From: Chitinophagales bacterium
Lineage (GTDB): Bacteria; Bacteroidota; Bacteroidia; Chitinophagales; Saprospiraceae
Length of the DNA stretch: 64,000 nucleotides
Reading direction: 5' to 3'
Assembly: GCA_013298845.1 (NCBI GenBank)
Contig: JAAFJN010000008.1
Span: forward strand, 67,823 to 131,822
Both the position numbers and the translations under genes were made by a program. Below, one piece after another: positions 27,615-38,549 of the stretch (within the stretch, counting starts at the first letter, position 1; the number at the start of each line of letters is the position of its first letter). The notes below the pieces were generated by a model, which saw nothing but the letters and a program-made list of their open reading frames with translations, made no database searches and was not told where the DNA came from.

Positions 27615-28463
27615 CTAAGCCAGAGCGTGTCTTTTTTTAAAACTCAACGGGTTTTCGTTGGTTAATCGGCGAAAAACGCGGTTAAAGTACGAGACACTTT
27701 CAAAACCGCATTGGAAGCAGGTTTCACTGACATTATGGTCGAGCAGGAGCAGCCGTTTGGCTTGGTCAATGCGGTATTGGTTGAGAAATTCGGTGAAGGT
27801 AAGTCGGGTCATTTTTTTAAAATACCGACAAAAAGCGGCTTCGGAAAGGTGGCAAAAAGCCGCAATTTCGCGAATATCAATTTTGCGTTGATAGTTCTGG
27901 TCAATAAACCGAAACACCTCCCGCAATCGGGCCTGTTCGCGTTTGTTGTAAGGGTGTTCAAAAGGCGTATTGTGCAGCAATACCACGTCGGGGCATTGGG
28001 CTAATTGTTGGAAAATGCGCAATATCTCGACAAATTGTTCAAAATGCTCCAGTTCGGGCAGCCGTTTCATCCGTTGCCCAACGGTCTGCTTAACCGGTCC
28101 GTTGATCGCAATTCCGTGACAGGCTTTATCGAAAAACGCCCCGATACCCGCCAATTCGGGGGTTGCCAACAGCGCATCTTTCAAGAAATCGGGGTGAATT
28201 TGCAGCACCATTTTTTCGTACGGCCCTTTGATGCCATAATCAAAATTAAGATGAGGAATATTGGACCCTATAAACACCAGATCGCTGCCCTCGTACCGCG
28301 AAATATGGTGCCCCACGTGCCGGGTACCATCGGCCCCTTCAATAAACACCAATTCAAACTCCGGGTGAAAATGCCAATAAAAAAAGTCATTCAGCCTCGG
28401 ATTTACCAGAAGCCGAAATGAACTTCCCCGTTCGGGTTGGATTTCTTCGCGTTGTAACTGCAT
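27615..28463 (-). CDS. AraC family transcriptional regulator (cupin N-terminal domain)
   Basis: C-terminal HTH_AraC (…CFQCGFESVSYFNRVFRRLTNENPLSFKK). Confidence 0.85.
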   Translation of the reverse strand: MQLQREEIQPERGSSFRLLVNPRLNDFFYWHFHPEFELVFIEGADGTRHVGHHISRYEGSDLVFIGSNIPHLNFDYGIKGPYEKMVLQIHPDFLKDALLATPELAGIGAFFDKACHGIAINGPVKQTVGQRMKRLPELEHFEQFVEILRIFQQLAQCPDVVLLHNTPFEHPYNKREQARLREVFRFIDQNYQRKIDIREIAAFCHLSEAAFCRYFKKMTRLTFTEFLNQYRIDQAKRLLLLDHNVSETCFQCGFESVSYFNRVFRRLTNENPLSFKKRHALA

Positions 28464-28879
28464 GAGAAGGGTTGAATTTGTTTGAAGGGTTGAATTTGTT
28501 AAATTGGACGACCCCGTCCGTACTTTGTTGCCCGTCGTAGCGTACCCATTTTTTCAGCCATCACCGGAATTCCAGGTATGTACAATCTGCCAAATCTCCC
28601 AGATTTGGTAGATTTATGCCACACCCTTGCGTTTGTTGAGGGCCGTTGTGGCGTACACGCTTTTGGGTTCGGATGCCGAAAAGTACGGCGCTTCCCCAAT
28701 AAGTGTATCCTGTCACCACGCGCCATCACTGTCCAGTATATGCATCCGCCACCAACGTCCACCTCCCCAAAAGTCAAAATAGTACAAAAACGAGGAAATA
28801 CAGGTGTTGTGTTTGCGCTTTGGGAAGCCCCATCTTTGCATCGTAGTAAAACAGTGTACACCAAATTTTATAAAAAAAC

Positions 28880-29866
28880 ATGGACAATACAATGCAACCC
28901 ACCATGACGCCCACCATGATGCCCAATGCCAACCACAAAGATATTCCCGGTAACCCATCAACGGCCACCAGCAGCAAAATTGCCCTCAACGACCGTTCCA
29001 ACGGAGTGCCCCTGCGCGTTTTAAGCGAAGCAGACTGGGCGTTTTGGCTCGAAAACGGGTACGTTATTGTAAAAAATGCCGTCCCACGCGAACAAGCCCT
29101 GCAAACAGCCGCTTTTTTGTGGGAATTTGAAGAAAAAGACCCCAATGACCCTGCCACCTGGTACACCACTCCCCGCGCCGAAATGAAAATGAAAGAACTC
29201 ACCAATACCGGCATGGTCGAAGTGTACAACCACCAAAACCTGTGGAACAACCGCCAAAACCAACGGGTATATGACGCTTTTGTGGATGTGTGGGGCACCG
29301 AAAAACTGTGGGTCACCATTGACCGCGCCAACCTCAACTTCCCGCTGCGCCCGGGTTTTGAATACAAAGGTTTTATTCACTGGGATTATGACCCCGAAAC
29401 CAAACCCCAAAACGTGCAGGGGGTATTGGCGCTGGCCGACCAAAACGACGAAAATATGGGCGGTTTCCAGTGCATTCCCGAACTGTACCGCAACTACGAC
29501 ACCTGGAAACTTACCCAACCCGCCGACCGCAACCGCTTTCAACCCGACACCACGGGATTGGAAGATAAATTTGTAAAAGTAAAACTGGAAGCCGGCGACC
29601 TTTTGATTTTTAACAGTACCTTGGCCCACGGAATCCGGCCCAATAACACGCAGGACAAGGTGCGCATCGCTCAATACATTTCGATGATGCCCGCCGAAGA
29701 AGACAACGACGCCATGCGCGAATGGCGCGTCAACTCGTGGCGCGACCGCATTGCCCCACAAGGCTACGCGTTCCCCGGTGACCCGCGCAATTGGGAACAA
29801 ACCCGCTACCAAACCGCCGAACTGAGCGATTTGGGCAAAAAATTACTCGGACTTGAATCATGGTAA
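28880..29866 (+). CDS. phytanoyl-CoA dioxygenase (PhyH) family Fe(II)/2-oxoglutarate oxygenase
   Basis: PhyH-like pattern with His/Asp facial triad candidates (HWDYD ... LAHG); true start may be the downstream Met. Confidence 0.65.
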   Translation: MDNTMQPTMTPTMMPNANHKDIPGNPSTATSSKIALNDRSNGVPLRVLSEADWAFWLENGYVIVKNAVPREQALQTAAFLWEFEEKDPNDPATWYTTPRAEMKMKELTNTGMVEVYNHQNLWNNRQNQRVYDAFVDVWGTEKLWVTIDRANLNFPLRPGFEYKGFIHWDYDPETKPQNVQGVLALADQNDENMGGFQCIPELYRNYDTWKLTQPADRNRFQPDTTGLEDKFVKVKLEAGDLLIFNSTLAHGIRPNNTQDKVRIAQYISMMPAEEDNDAMREWRVNSWRDRIAPQGYAFPGDPRNWEQTRYQTAELSDLGKKLLGLESW

Positions 29867-30687
29867 CAACACCAAACCAACTTTATACCCGCCTCAACAA
29901 TGGCCTCGATATGCCACTGTTGGGGCTGGGCGTGTACGATATGTACCACCGCGACGCCGAACAAGCCGTGGAATGGGCATTGGAAATGGGCTATCGGCTC
30001 ATTGATACGGCGGCGATGTACCGCAACGAAACGGAAATTGGCAACGGAATCCGGCAAAGTGGCATTCCCCGCGAACAAGTGTTCCTGACCACCAAAGTCA
30101 ACAATACCGATCAGGGGTACGACCAAACCCTCCGCGCTTTTGAGGAAAGTGAACAACGCCTCAACGTGGCGTACATTGACCTCTACCTGGTGCATTGGCC
30201 CCTGAAAAATACGCGCCGCGACACCTGGAAAGCCCTCGAACAACTGTACGCCGACGGGCGGGTGCGCGCCATCGGGGTGGCCAATTACCTCGAACCGTTC
30301 TTCGATGAACTCGCCACCTACGCCACGGTGGTACCGGTGGTGAATCAGGTGGAATTTAGCCCGTATTTGTACCTCGAAGCGCTGCTGCACCGGTGCCAGT
30401 CGCAAAACACCGTCTTGCAGGCTTATACGCCGTTGATTCGGGGGCAAAAATTGCAGGACCCGCCGTTGGTGGACATTGCCCAAAAACACGGCAAAACCGC
30501 CGCCCAGATCATGCTCCGCTGGGCCGTACAATTGGGCGTTTCTACCATTCCCAAATCGGCTAACCAGGCCCGTTTAAAAGAAAATTTTGACATTTTTGAC
30601 TTTGAACTGGACGAATCAGATATGGCCGTATTGGGCAGTCTCAACGAAAATCTGCGCATTGTGGATGCCCCGATGAAGTATTTTTAA
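29860..30687 (+). CDS. aldo/keto reductase (DkgA-like)
   Basis: AKR motifs LIDTAAMY, IDLYLVHWP, catalytic tetrad context. Confidence 0.9.
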   Translation: MVTTPNQLYTRLNNGLDMPLLGLGVYDMYHRDAEQAVEWALEMGYRLIDTAAMYRNETEIGNGIRQSGIPREQVFLTTKVNNTDQGYDQTLRAFEESEQRLNVAYIDLYLVHWPLKNTRRDTWKALEQLYADGRVRAIGVANYLEPFFDELATYATVVPVVNQVEFSPYLYLEALLHRCQSQNTVLQAYTPLIRGQKLQDPPLVDIAQKHGKTAAQIMLRWAVQLGVSTIPKSANQARLKENFDIFDFELDESDMAVLGSLNENLRIVDAPMKYF

Positions 30688-30732
30688 GAGGCTTGTGAGG
30701 CAACCTCTAACCACCATACCCACCTTTAACAC

Positions 30733-31131
30733 ATGCGCATCATTACTTTTTTATTGATTTTAGGCACGTTCGCCTGCACTTCTAAAATGGCAGAAAAATC
30801 AACCGTCGCCAATCCCGAGCGCGTTTTGCGCCACGTGGTGATGTTCAAATTTAAGGACGGCACCACCCCGGCCCAGGTCCGGGAAATTGAACGGGCTTTT
30901 GCCGGTTTACAACCGCAATTACCCCACCTGATTAAAGATTTTGAATTTGGCACGAACAACAGCCCCGAAGGATTAGACCAGGGACTTACCCATTGTTTTT
31001 TGGTGACTTTTGCCAATGAAAAAGACCGCGACGCGTATTTGCCCCACCCGGTGCACCAAAAATTTGTGGACGATTACGCCAAAAAATACGTGGATAAAGT
31101 CACCGTTTTGGACTACTGGAGCGGGCGATAA
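30733..31131 (+). CDS. Dabb (stress-responsive dimeric alpha/beta-barrel) family protein
   Basis: HVVMFKFKDGTT...FEFGTN...HCFLVTFANEKDRDAYLPHPVHQKF pattern; N-terminal signal peptide. Confidence 0.7.
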   Translation: MRIITFLLILGTFACTSKMAEKSTVANPERVLRHVVMFKFKDGTTPAQVREIERAFAGLQPQLPHLIKDFEFGTNNSPEGLDQGLTHCFLVTFANEKDRDAYLPHPVHQKFVDDYAKKYVDKVTVLDYWSGR

Positions 31132-31726
31132 AAAAGGCATTTGGGGCCTTGAGGAAAAACTTAGGCGGCGGCATCGCGACGTATTATTTGTAGAAAATCG
31201 TTGTTCATGAGCACCTTGAAGACGAATCATCCCGAATTTTTTCCTAAAAATGTAGCATTATGCCAAATCCCGGTCCGTCCCTTACTGGTGCGGCCTTAGA
31301 AAAATCCCGATTTTGCTCCGTTGGAGGCCGATGAAGCCAAAAACTGTTTGAGCCAAACGTCATTGGCGGGGCGAAAGCCCCTGTGAGCGCGGCCGGCGAG
31401 TTTTTTTGGCGCGGCCGTAAACGGAAAGCAAAATCGTAGGATTTTTCGTCAGCCGCGGGCTTTTTTGCTTACTTTTTTGGCCTCAAAAAAGTAAAAAGTT
31501 GGCTTAAAAGAACAATTTTTTCAACACCGACCATTTTATGCGGTGTGTGAAGTGATATTGGTTAGAATAATAAATGGCCCTAATTTTGTTGAACACTCAT
31601 TGTAATTCTTGAATAAATTAGCGAAGACTTATTAATCGGCAGCGCATAACCTGCCGAAAAATGCGTTATTTTGCACTTTATTTCAAATGCGCTTATGGCG
31701 CCCTCATTATTAACACGATCCATTTT

Positions 31727-33451
31727 ATGAAGAAGATTGTCTTTTCATTACTCTTTTTCTTCAGTCTGCTCATTACCTCTAATGCCCAGATTGTTATTAC
31801 CGAAATCATGTATAACCCGCCCGAGAGCGGTAACGACAGCCTGGAATTTGTCGAAATCCTGAACAATACCACTTCGTCCGTCACCATGAGTGGCTGGGTA
31901 CTCGAATTTGGCTCCGGCCCTACAGTGTTTAACATTCCCGACATTACCCTTGGCGCGGGCCAATACCAGTTATTTAGCGTGAATGCGACCGCGTTGCAAA
32001 ATAATTTTGGCAAAAGTTCCATCCAGTGGACAACGGGCGCACTCAGCAATAACGGTGCACCGGTGCGGTTCAAAAACGGCGGCGGAACCATTGTGGACGA
32101 AGTTATTTTCGACGACGTTGCTCCCTGGCCCACCGAACCCGACGGTTCGGGCGCTTCCTTGGTGTTGTGCGATCCATCCACCGATAACAGCCTCGCCTCT
32201 AACTGGAAAGCCGCTACCACCAACACGGGCGTTAGCATTGCCGGTTTCCCGGTATTTGCCAACCCCGGCGCCGCTTCCGGTTGCGTCGAAGGTTTGCTGG
32301 CCCTGCCCGATGTGGCGTTTGTGGTGCCCGGCCAAACCGTAACTGTCAACGTTACCAACAACGATAATATCCCCAATTCACCCGCTGCCAATGCCCTGAC
32401 CATCGCAACGCCGCCAACCAACGGCACGGCGACGGCACAAGGCGATAGCGCGGTGGTATACACCCCAAATTCCGGTTTTTGCGGCACCGATGTGCTCACT
32501 TACCAAATTTGTGATGCCCCCGGCAGTTGCGCTACCGCTACCGTAACGTTTAATATCAAATGTTATCCGGTGCGCACCATCGAACAGATGAACAACATCA
32601 ACGCCGCCAGTGGCGTAGCCGATTCCATCAACGCTTCTTGCGAATTGACCGGTATCGTGTACGGTGTAAACCTGCGCGCCAGCAGCAATGGTTTGCAGTT
32701 TTCGTTGTTGAACAACGCCGGTACCGAAGGCATCGCGGTGTTCCGCAACACGGGTACTTTTGGTTATACCCTACAGGAAGGCGACCGCGTAACGGTGCGT
32801 GGCTCGGTGGCGCAGTTCAACGGCCTCACGCAGATTGACCTCGATACGGTGTACAAAGTGAGCGGCAATAACCCACTCGCAGCGGCACAAACGGTGTTAA
32901 GAGTGGAAGAAAGCACCGAAAGCCGACTGGTAGAAATCAAATACCTCCGCTACGTGGATATCGCTCAGTGGACACCCGGCGTTGGTGCCGGTTTCACGGT
33001 GCGCATGTACTCGGCCCAAAACCCGTCCGATACCATTGCCGTGCGCATTGACAACGACGTGGATTTGTACAACCAACAAACGCCACCCGTTGAACCGATG
33101 AATATTCGCGGTTTGGGTGGCCAGTTCGACGGCTCCAATCCGTTCACTTCCGGCTACCAGTTGTTGCCCCGCTACTCGGCGGACATTGACGAAAGCGTTG
33201 ACACCAAATTGGTGAATTACAGCGCGGAAGTAACCTTGTCGCCCAACCCAACGCAGGATGTATTGAATATCCGCACCGAAATTACCTTCGACCGCATTGT
33301 GGTGTACGGCATTGACGGTAAAGTGGTCAAAGCCATCAGTAACCCAACGCTCAACGAACAGGTGAATTTGGCCGGTATGCCCTCGGGAGTGTACGCCGTG
33401 CGTTTTGAAAAAGACGGCGGTATCTGGACTTCGGCGGTAATTCGTCAGTAG
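31727..33451 (+). CDS. lamin-tail-domain (LTD) protein with T9SS C-terminal domain
   Basis: LTD signature IVITEIMYNPPESGNDSLEFVEILN; C-terminal T9SS tail (…GVYAVRFEKDGGIWTSAVIRQ); ATG at 31727. Confidence 0.7.
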   Translation: MKKIVFSLLFFFSLLITSNAQIVITEIMYNPPESGNDSLEFVEILNNTTSSVTMSGWVLEFGSGPTVFNIPDITLGAGQYQLFSVNATALQNNFGKSSIQWTTGALSNNGAPVRFKNGGGTIVDEVIFDDVAPWPTEPDGSGASLVLCDPSTDNSLASNWKAATTNTGVSIAGFPVFANPGAASGCVEGLLALPDVAFVVPGQTVTVNVTNNDNIPNSPAANALTIATPPTNGTATAQGDSAVVYTPNSGFCGTDVLTYQICDAPGSCATATVTFNIKCYPVRTIEQMNNINAASGVADSINASCELTGIVYGVNLRASSNGLQFSLLNNAGTEGIAVFRNTGTFGYTLQEGDRVTVRGSVAQFNGLTQIDLDTVYKVSGNNPLAAAQTVLRVEESTESRLVEIKYLRYVDIAQWTPGVGAGFTVRMYSAQNPSDTIAVRIDNDVDLYNQQTPPVEPMNIRGLGGQFDGSNPFTSGYQLLPRYSADIDESVDTKLVNYSAEVTLSPNPTQDVLNIRTEITFDRIVVYGIDGKVVKAISNPTLNEQVNLAGMPSGVYAVRFEKDGGIWTSAVIRQ

Positions 33452-33506
33452 GCCACCAGACAAAAGACATTAGACGTCAGACTTTAGACGTTTGATAAAA
33501 GACTTT

Positions 33507-33540
33507 GCCCGTCGTAGCGTATACGACGGGCATTTTTTTT
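33507..33540 (+). terminator. rho-independent terminator
   Basis: GCCCGTCGTAGCGTATACGACGGGC hairpin followed by T9. Confidence 0.75.
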
Positions 33541-33827
33541 GGAAAAAACGTAAAAACTGTCTCAAAACCAACGTTAATCATCCGTTAAAACACACGTTAT
33601 TGACGTGTTAATTATTTGTCATAAGATTATCTTTTGGGCCAAAATCACCAATAAAAGTTGCAAAAATGCCTACAAAAACTGCATTTCGGTGGTCAACGAA
33701 ATGTATTTATTATGTTTCATTGAAAAAACAAGTTAATCGTCTTTGAGTTAAATTGGCAGAACATGTTCCCTGCGGAAAAGCCGAACGCCGTTTTAACAAG
33801 TAGGCAATCAATACAACAGCAAACACT

Positions 33828-34490
33828 ATGAACAAACAACTCATTTTAGTAACCATATTGGCCGGAACATTATTGGCCTCCTGTAACCAGGCAACCGAAG
33901 CCGTTAAGGAAAAAGCACAAACCACGGTGGCGCAAACCAACGAAAAAGTTCAAAAAGTAATTGATGAACTCGGACTGGTGTACGTAGAAGAAGGCGCACA
34001 GGAGGTCATTACCTACGAAGAGGTCAATGCCGCCCAACAGGCCTGGTGCGACGCTCTGGTAAAAATTGGACAACTCAAGGAAGAGGGTGGCGATTACAAA
34101 ACCTTTGCCCAACAAGTGCTTTCGGACGCTTACAATTACGATTACGGAAAAGTTTTTTTTAAACCAACCCTGGCTTTTGGTGATCAAACATTCCGAAATG
34201 ATAAAAAAGGGGCTTTAGCCTACTTTATTGGCGGCGACCCTGATTACCCCAACGATAAAGGTTTTGCACTTACGCCCTGGGTAAAAGCACGATACGATAA
34301 CGCCGGAGAGAAAAACGAAGGAATTCAAATTTACGGCTCCGTTGCCATCACCATGGGAAATGTGTGGGTGACCGATAAAAACGGCAATGAGGTAATGGTA
34401 GATAAAACGTGGGTATTTAAAAAAGGAAAAGACGGAAAATTGAGAATTATTGTTCACAAATCAGCGCTCCCTTATAAACCAGCCAAGTAA
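33828..34490 (+). CDS. hypothetical lipoprotein
   Basis: Lipobox LLASC; no recognisable catalytic motif. Confidence 0.5.
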   Translation: MNKQLILVTILAGTLLASCNQATEAVKEKAQTTVAQTNEKVQKVIDELGLVYVEEGAQEVITYEEVNAAQQAWCDALVKIGQLKEEGGDYKTFAQQVLSDAYNYDYGKVFFKPTLAFGDQTFRNDKKGALAYFIGGDPDYPNDKGFALTPWVKARYDNAGEKNEGIQIYGSVAITMGNVWVTDKNGNEVMVDKTWVFKKGKDGKLRIIVHKSALPYKPAK

Positions 34491-34555
34491 ACCCGTAATT
34501 TGTTCAACTGCAACTTCAATAACATTGGGTTGCAGTTGTTTTTTTCAAAAATACC

Positions 34556-35320
34556 ATGAAAAAAATCGCAAAAGTTTTATTTATTGTGTTGTTTTTGGGA
34601 AAAAACATACAACTCTTCGCCCAAAATAACCGCATCAACACCCGCGAATCCATTGGCTGGTACAACTATTTTGGCACCTTCAAACTAACCTCCAAAGTCA
34701 GTTTACACACCGAGTACCAATGGCGCCGCAACAATTTTATTACCACCTGGCAACAAAGTCTGTTGAGAACGGGGATCAATTACCAACTGCGGCCCAATGT
34801 GTTATTCCGGGTCGGTTACGCCTGGATTGAAACCTTTCCCTACGGCGAAATTCCGATTAATGGGTTGGGCCGTGACTTTACCGAACACCGTATTTTTCAA
34901 ATGGCCCAACTAACCCAAAAAGAAGGTGTTGTTGATATTTCGCACCGGTTTATGCTCGAACAGCGTTTTGTTGGGCGGTATAGTTCGGCCAGCGAAGAAC
35001 AAGAAGACGAGTTCCCGCTGCTTCATCGGATGCGCTACATGGTGCGCCTGCAAATGCCTTTAAAAGGAACCCTAATTAAGGATAAAACGCCGTACGTTGC
35101 CCTTTACGACGAAGTATTTATTGGTTTTGGCCAAAATGTCAACGCCAATGTTTTTGACCAAAATCGCATCGGAATATTGTTGGGATACCGCTTCAACAAA
35201 CACATTCGGGTAGAGGCCGGATACCTTAATCAAATTGTACAATTCGGGCGACAAATTAACGGACAACCCGTTTTTCAAAACAACAACGGTTTGATTTTGA
35301 ATGCTTACCTGACGTATTAA
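34556..35320 (+). CDS. hypothetical outer-membrane protein (DUF2490-like guess)
   Basis: Signal peptide, beta-strand-rich, ends with aromatic residue. Confidence 0.45.
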   Translation: MKKIAKVLFIVLFLGKNIQLFAQNNRINTRESIGWYNYFGTFKLTSKVSLHTEYQWRRNNFITTWQQSLLRTGINYQLRPNVLFRVGYAWIETFPYGEIPINGLGRDFTEHRIFQMAQLTQKEGVVDISHRFMLEQRFVGRYSSASEEQEDEFPLLHRMRYMVRLQMPLKGTLIKDKTPYVALYDEVFIGFGQNVNANVFDQNRIGILLGYRFNKHIRVEAGYLNQIVQFGRQINGQPVFQNNNGLILNAYLTY

Positions 35321-35453
35321 AGCCGGACAAAGATGTTAAGATCGTGCGCAGCGACCGTTGAAAAAACCCGATAAACTCCAACTTTTCAACGTTCGTTATC
35401 CATCATAATCGCAAAAAAACCTACCTTTGCGCCCGTTTTAAAACAGCACTTTC

Positions 35454-38096
35454 ATGACGTCACGCGAAATACGCCGCCATTTTCTCGATTTTTTTGAATC
35501 AAAAGGCCACAAAATTATACCTTCGGCTCCCATGGTTGCCCACGGAGACCCTACCCTGATGTTTATTAACTCCGGGATGGCCCCGCTTAAAGATTTCTTT
35601 TTAGGCAACCAAACGCCACCCTCCAAACGCGTGGCCGATACCCAAAAATGCCTCCGCGTTAGTGGCAAACACAATGACCTCGAAGATGTGGGCATGGACG
35701 GTTACCACCACACCATGTTCGAAATGTTGGGCAACTGGTCGTTTGGCGATTATTTTAAAAAAGACGCCCTCGAATGGTCGTGGGAACTGCTCACCGACGT
35801 GTATAAAATCCCCAAAGACCGCCTGTACGTGTCGGTATTTAAGGGCGACGAAGAGCAAAATTTGCCGTTCGACCAGGAAGCATACGATACCTGGAAAACC
35901 ATGATTGCCGAAGACCGGATTCTTCCGTTTGGCAAAAAAGAAAATTTCTGGGAAATGGGTGACCAAGGCCCCTGCGGTCCCTGCTCCGAAATTCACGTGG
36001 ACCTCCGCAGCGACGAAGAACGCGCTCGCGTGGACGGCCGAGCACTCGTGAATGCCGACGACCCCAACGTGATCGAAATTTGGAACAACGTATTTATGCA
36101 GTTCAACCGCAAGGCCGATAAGTCATTGGAAGAATTGCCCGCCAAATCGGTGGATACCGGCATGGGTTTTGAACGCCTCGTACGCGCCGTGCAAAACGTA
36201 AAATCCAATTACGATTCCGACCTGTGGCGCCCGTTGTTCAACTTTTTGGAAAAATATTCGGGCGTTGCTTACGGCGGTACTTACCCCGGCGTGGACGCTG
36301 ATTTTACCAAAACGGACATCGCGATGCGCGTGGTTGCCGATCACCTGCGCGCCGTGAGTTTTGCCATTGCCGACGGTGCCGTGCCCTCCAGCGGCGGCGC
36401 GGGTTACGTTATTCGCCGCATTTTGCGCCGCGCCGTGCGTTATTACTACTCGGTATTGAACATCAAAGAACCGATTTTGTACCGCATGTGCCCGCTGTTG
36501 GCCGAAGAATTTGGCGATGTATTCCCCGAATTAAAGGCACAAATCAACTTTGTAACGGAAGTTATTCTCAGCGAAGAAAAGGCATTTTTGCGCACCCTCG
36601 AAAGCGGCCTGAAACGCATTGATCACCTCGATGTAAAAAACAACGTCGTGAGCGGCGAACAGGCTTTTGAATTGTTGGATACCTACGGTTTCCCGATTGA
36701 CCTGACCAACCTCATTGCCCGCGAAAAAGGCTGGACCGTGGACGAAGAGGGCTTTAAAGTGGCCCTGGCCCAACAAAAAGAACGCTCCCGCAAAGATGCC
36801 GCCCGCCAAGTGGGCGACTGGATGGTACTCCGCGACGAATCCGACGCGGCTTTTGTGGGTTACGACCAATTGGAACTGGAAGGCGCTTACGTGACCAAAT
36901 ACCGCACCATCCAGATCAAAGGCGAAACCCAATACCAAATTGTACTCAACCGCACGCCGTTTTACCCCGAAGGTGGCGGCCAGGTAGGCGATACCGGTAT
37001 GATGTATTTTGGCTCCGAGCCGGTGCGCGTATTGGATACTAAAAAGGAAAATACGCTGGTGTTCCACCTCGTGGAGCAACTGCCCGAAAATATTGACCAC
37101 GAAAACGTGGTGTGCCAGGTAAACGAACGCAAACGCCGCCTCACCGAGGGCAACCACTCGGCGACCCACCTCCTGCACGCGGCTTTGCGCCAGGTGCTGG
37201 GTACCCACGTGCAACAAAAAGGTTCGTACCTGGACGAAAACGCACTTCGTTTCGACTTCCAGCATTTCCAAAAAATGACCGACGACGAAATTTTGGAAGT
37301 AGAGCGCATCGTGAACGAAAAAATCCGCGAAAACATCGCATTGGACGAGCAGCGCAGTTTGCCCATTGCCGAGGCCCAAAAAGCGGGTGCCATGATGTTG
37401 TTTGGCGAAAAATACGGCGAAACGGTGCGAATGATTACGTTCGATCCCGCTTATTCGCGCGAATTGTGCGGCGGTTGCCACGTGAGCCACACGGGCAAAA
37501 TTGGTTATTTCAAAATTACGGGTGAAACAGCCGTTGCCGCCGGGGTGCGCCGCGTAGAAGCCACCACCGGAGCCGGGGCCGAAGCCTTTATCCGCGCCTT
37601 GGAGCAAAAGTTCGATGCAGTGAATGCTGCGCTGAAATCGCCCAAAGACATTATCAAGGCGGTGACCGATTTGCAGGAAAACAGCAAAAAGCAACAAAAA
37701 ATCATCGAGCAACAAAACCTGATGATGGCGAATTTGCTGCGCAGCGATCTGCGTGGAAAATTTGAAACGGTTAATGGCATCAATGTGCTGGCCGTTCAAT
37801 TGCCCATTAGCGACAACAACGCCCTCAAAACATTGGCGGCGGAATTGGACCGCGAAGTAGGTAATACAGTCATTGCTTTTGGCGCCATCAGCGACGATAA
37901 ACCTTCGATTAGCATCAAGATCAGCGATAATTTGGTGAAAGAAAAGGGCCTCAACGCCGGAACGATGGTGCGTGAACTCGCCCAGCAATTCCTCAAAGGT
38001 GGCGGCGGTGGCCAACCCGGTTTTGCTACGGCTGGCGGCACCGATGCCAGTGGCCTTGAAGCGGCTTTAGCGGCTATAAAAAGCAAATTGGCTTAA
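35454..38096 (+). CDS. alaS: alanine--tRNA ligase
   Basis: 880 aa; class II aaRS core, editing domain HxxxH/CxxxH (HSATHLLH ... CGGCHV), C-terminal DHHA1-like region. Confidence 0.95.
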   Translation: MTSREIRRHFLDFFESKGHKIIPSAPMVAHGDPTLMFINSGMAPLKDFFLGNQTPPSKRVADTQKCLRVSGKHNDLEDVGMDGYHHTMFEMLGNWSFGDYFKKDALEWSWELLTDVYKIPKDRLYVSVFKGDEEQNLPFDQEAYDTWKTMIAEDRILPFGKKENFWEMGDQGPCGPCSEIHVDLRSDEERARVDGRALVNADDPNVIEIWNNVFMQFNRKADKSLEELPAKSVDTGMGFERLVRAVQNVKSNYDSDLWRPLFNFLEKYSGVAYGGTYPGVDADFTKTDIAMRVVADHLRAVSFAIADGAVPSSGGAGYVIRRILRRAVRYYYSVLNIKEPILYRMCPLLAEEFGDVFPELKAQINFVTEVILSEEKAFLRTLESGLKRIDHLDVKNNVVSGEQAFELLDTYGFPIDLTNLIAREKGWTVDEEGFKVALAQQKERSRKDAARQVGDWMVLRDESDAAFVGYDQLELEGAYVTKYRTIQIKGETQYQIVLNRTPFYPEGGGQVGDTGMMYFGSEPVRVLDTKKENTLVFHLVEQLPENIDHENVVCQVNERKRRLTEGNHSATHLLHAALRQVLGTHVQQKGSYLDENALRFDFQHFQKMTDDEILEVERIVNEKIRENIALDEQRSLPIAEAQKAGAMMLFGEKYGETVRMITFDPAYSRELCGGCHVSHTGKIGYFKITGETAVAAGVRRVEATTGAGAEAFIRALEQKFDAVNAALKSPKDIIKAVTDLQENSKKQQKIIEQQNLMMANLLRSDLRGKFETVNGINVLAVQLPISDNNALKTLAAELDREVGNTVIAFGAISDDKPSISIKISDNLVKEKGLNAGTMVRELAQQFLKGGGGGQPGFATAGGTDASGLEAALAAIKSKLA

Positions 38097-38101
38097 TGTA
38101 C

Positions 38102-38162
38102 ACGGGGTTATTCGCCCGCTGCCATCGTTCGGAGCAGCCGCGAATAACCCCGTTTTTTACGT
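38102..38162 (+). terminator. rho-independent terminator of alaS
   Basis: CGGGGTTATTCGC ... GCGAATAACCCCG hairpin followed by TTTTTT. Confidence 0.75.
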
Positions 38163-38549
38163 AACAATTCGAGGTTTTTTGTTGACCGGACAAATGAAAA
38201 AAGGGCTTGGAAGGCGTTTTTTGGCCAAATATTATTCTGTATTTTAGGAAAACAACCCGCATTACGCGCAGAATTATTGGGTAAAACTGTTAATTAACAA
38301 CTGATTAAGGACTTTTTTCGAGGTTTATTTGGTATAGCGAAACACATCATATACCTTTGTTGCCTCTTTTTTATAAAGATAAAGAAGAATTCATCATCCA
38401 GAGTACCTTAGTACAACGTGTATCCGAACCATTAACTGATTTACTATTACCTTTTTCGTTTAATTGTATTTTTAATCCCGCATTTCGGATATTTTAATCA
38501 TGCTTAGGCATGGACCTCACGTTAGGTTCAACTGGCAAAACAACACAGT

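Noticed and set aside
28499-28864. 121-aa ORF in the araC-PhyH intergenic region
   Set aside because: No motifs and odd composition. It is most likely promoter/intergenic sequence between divergent genes.
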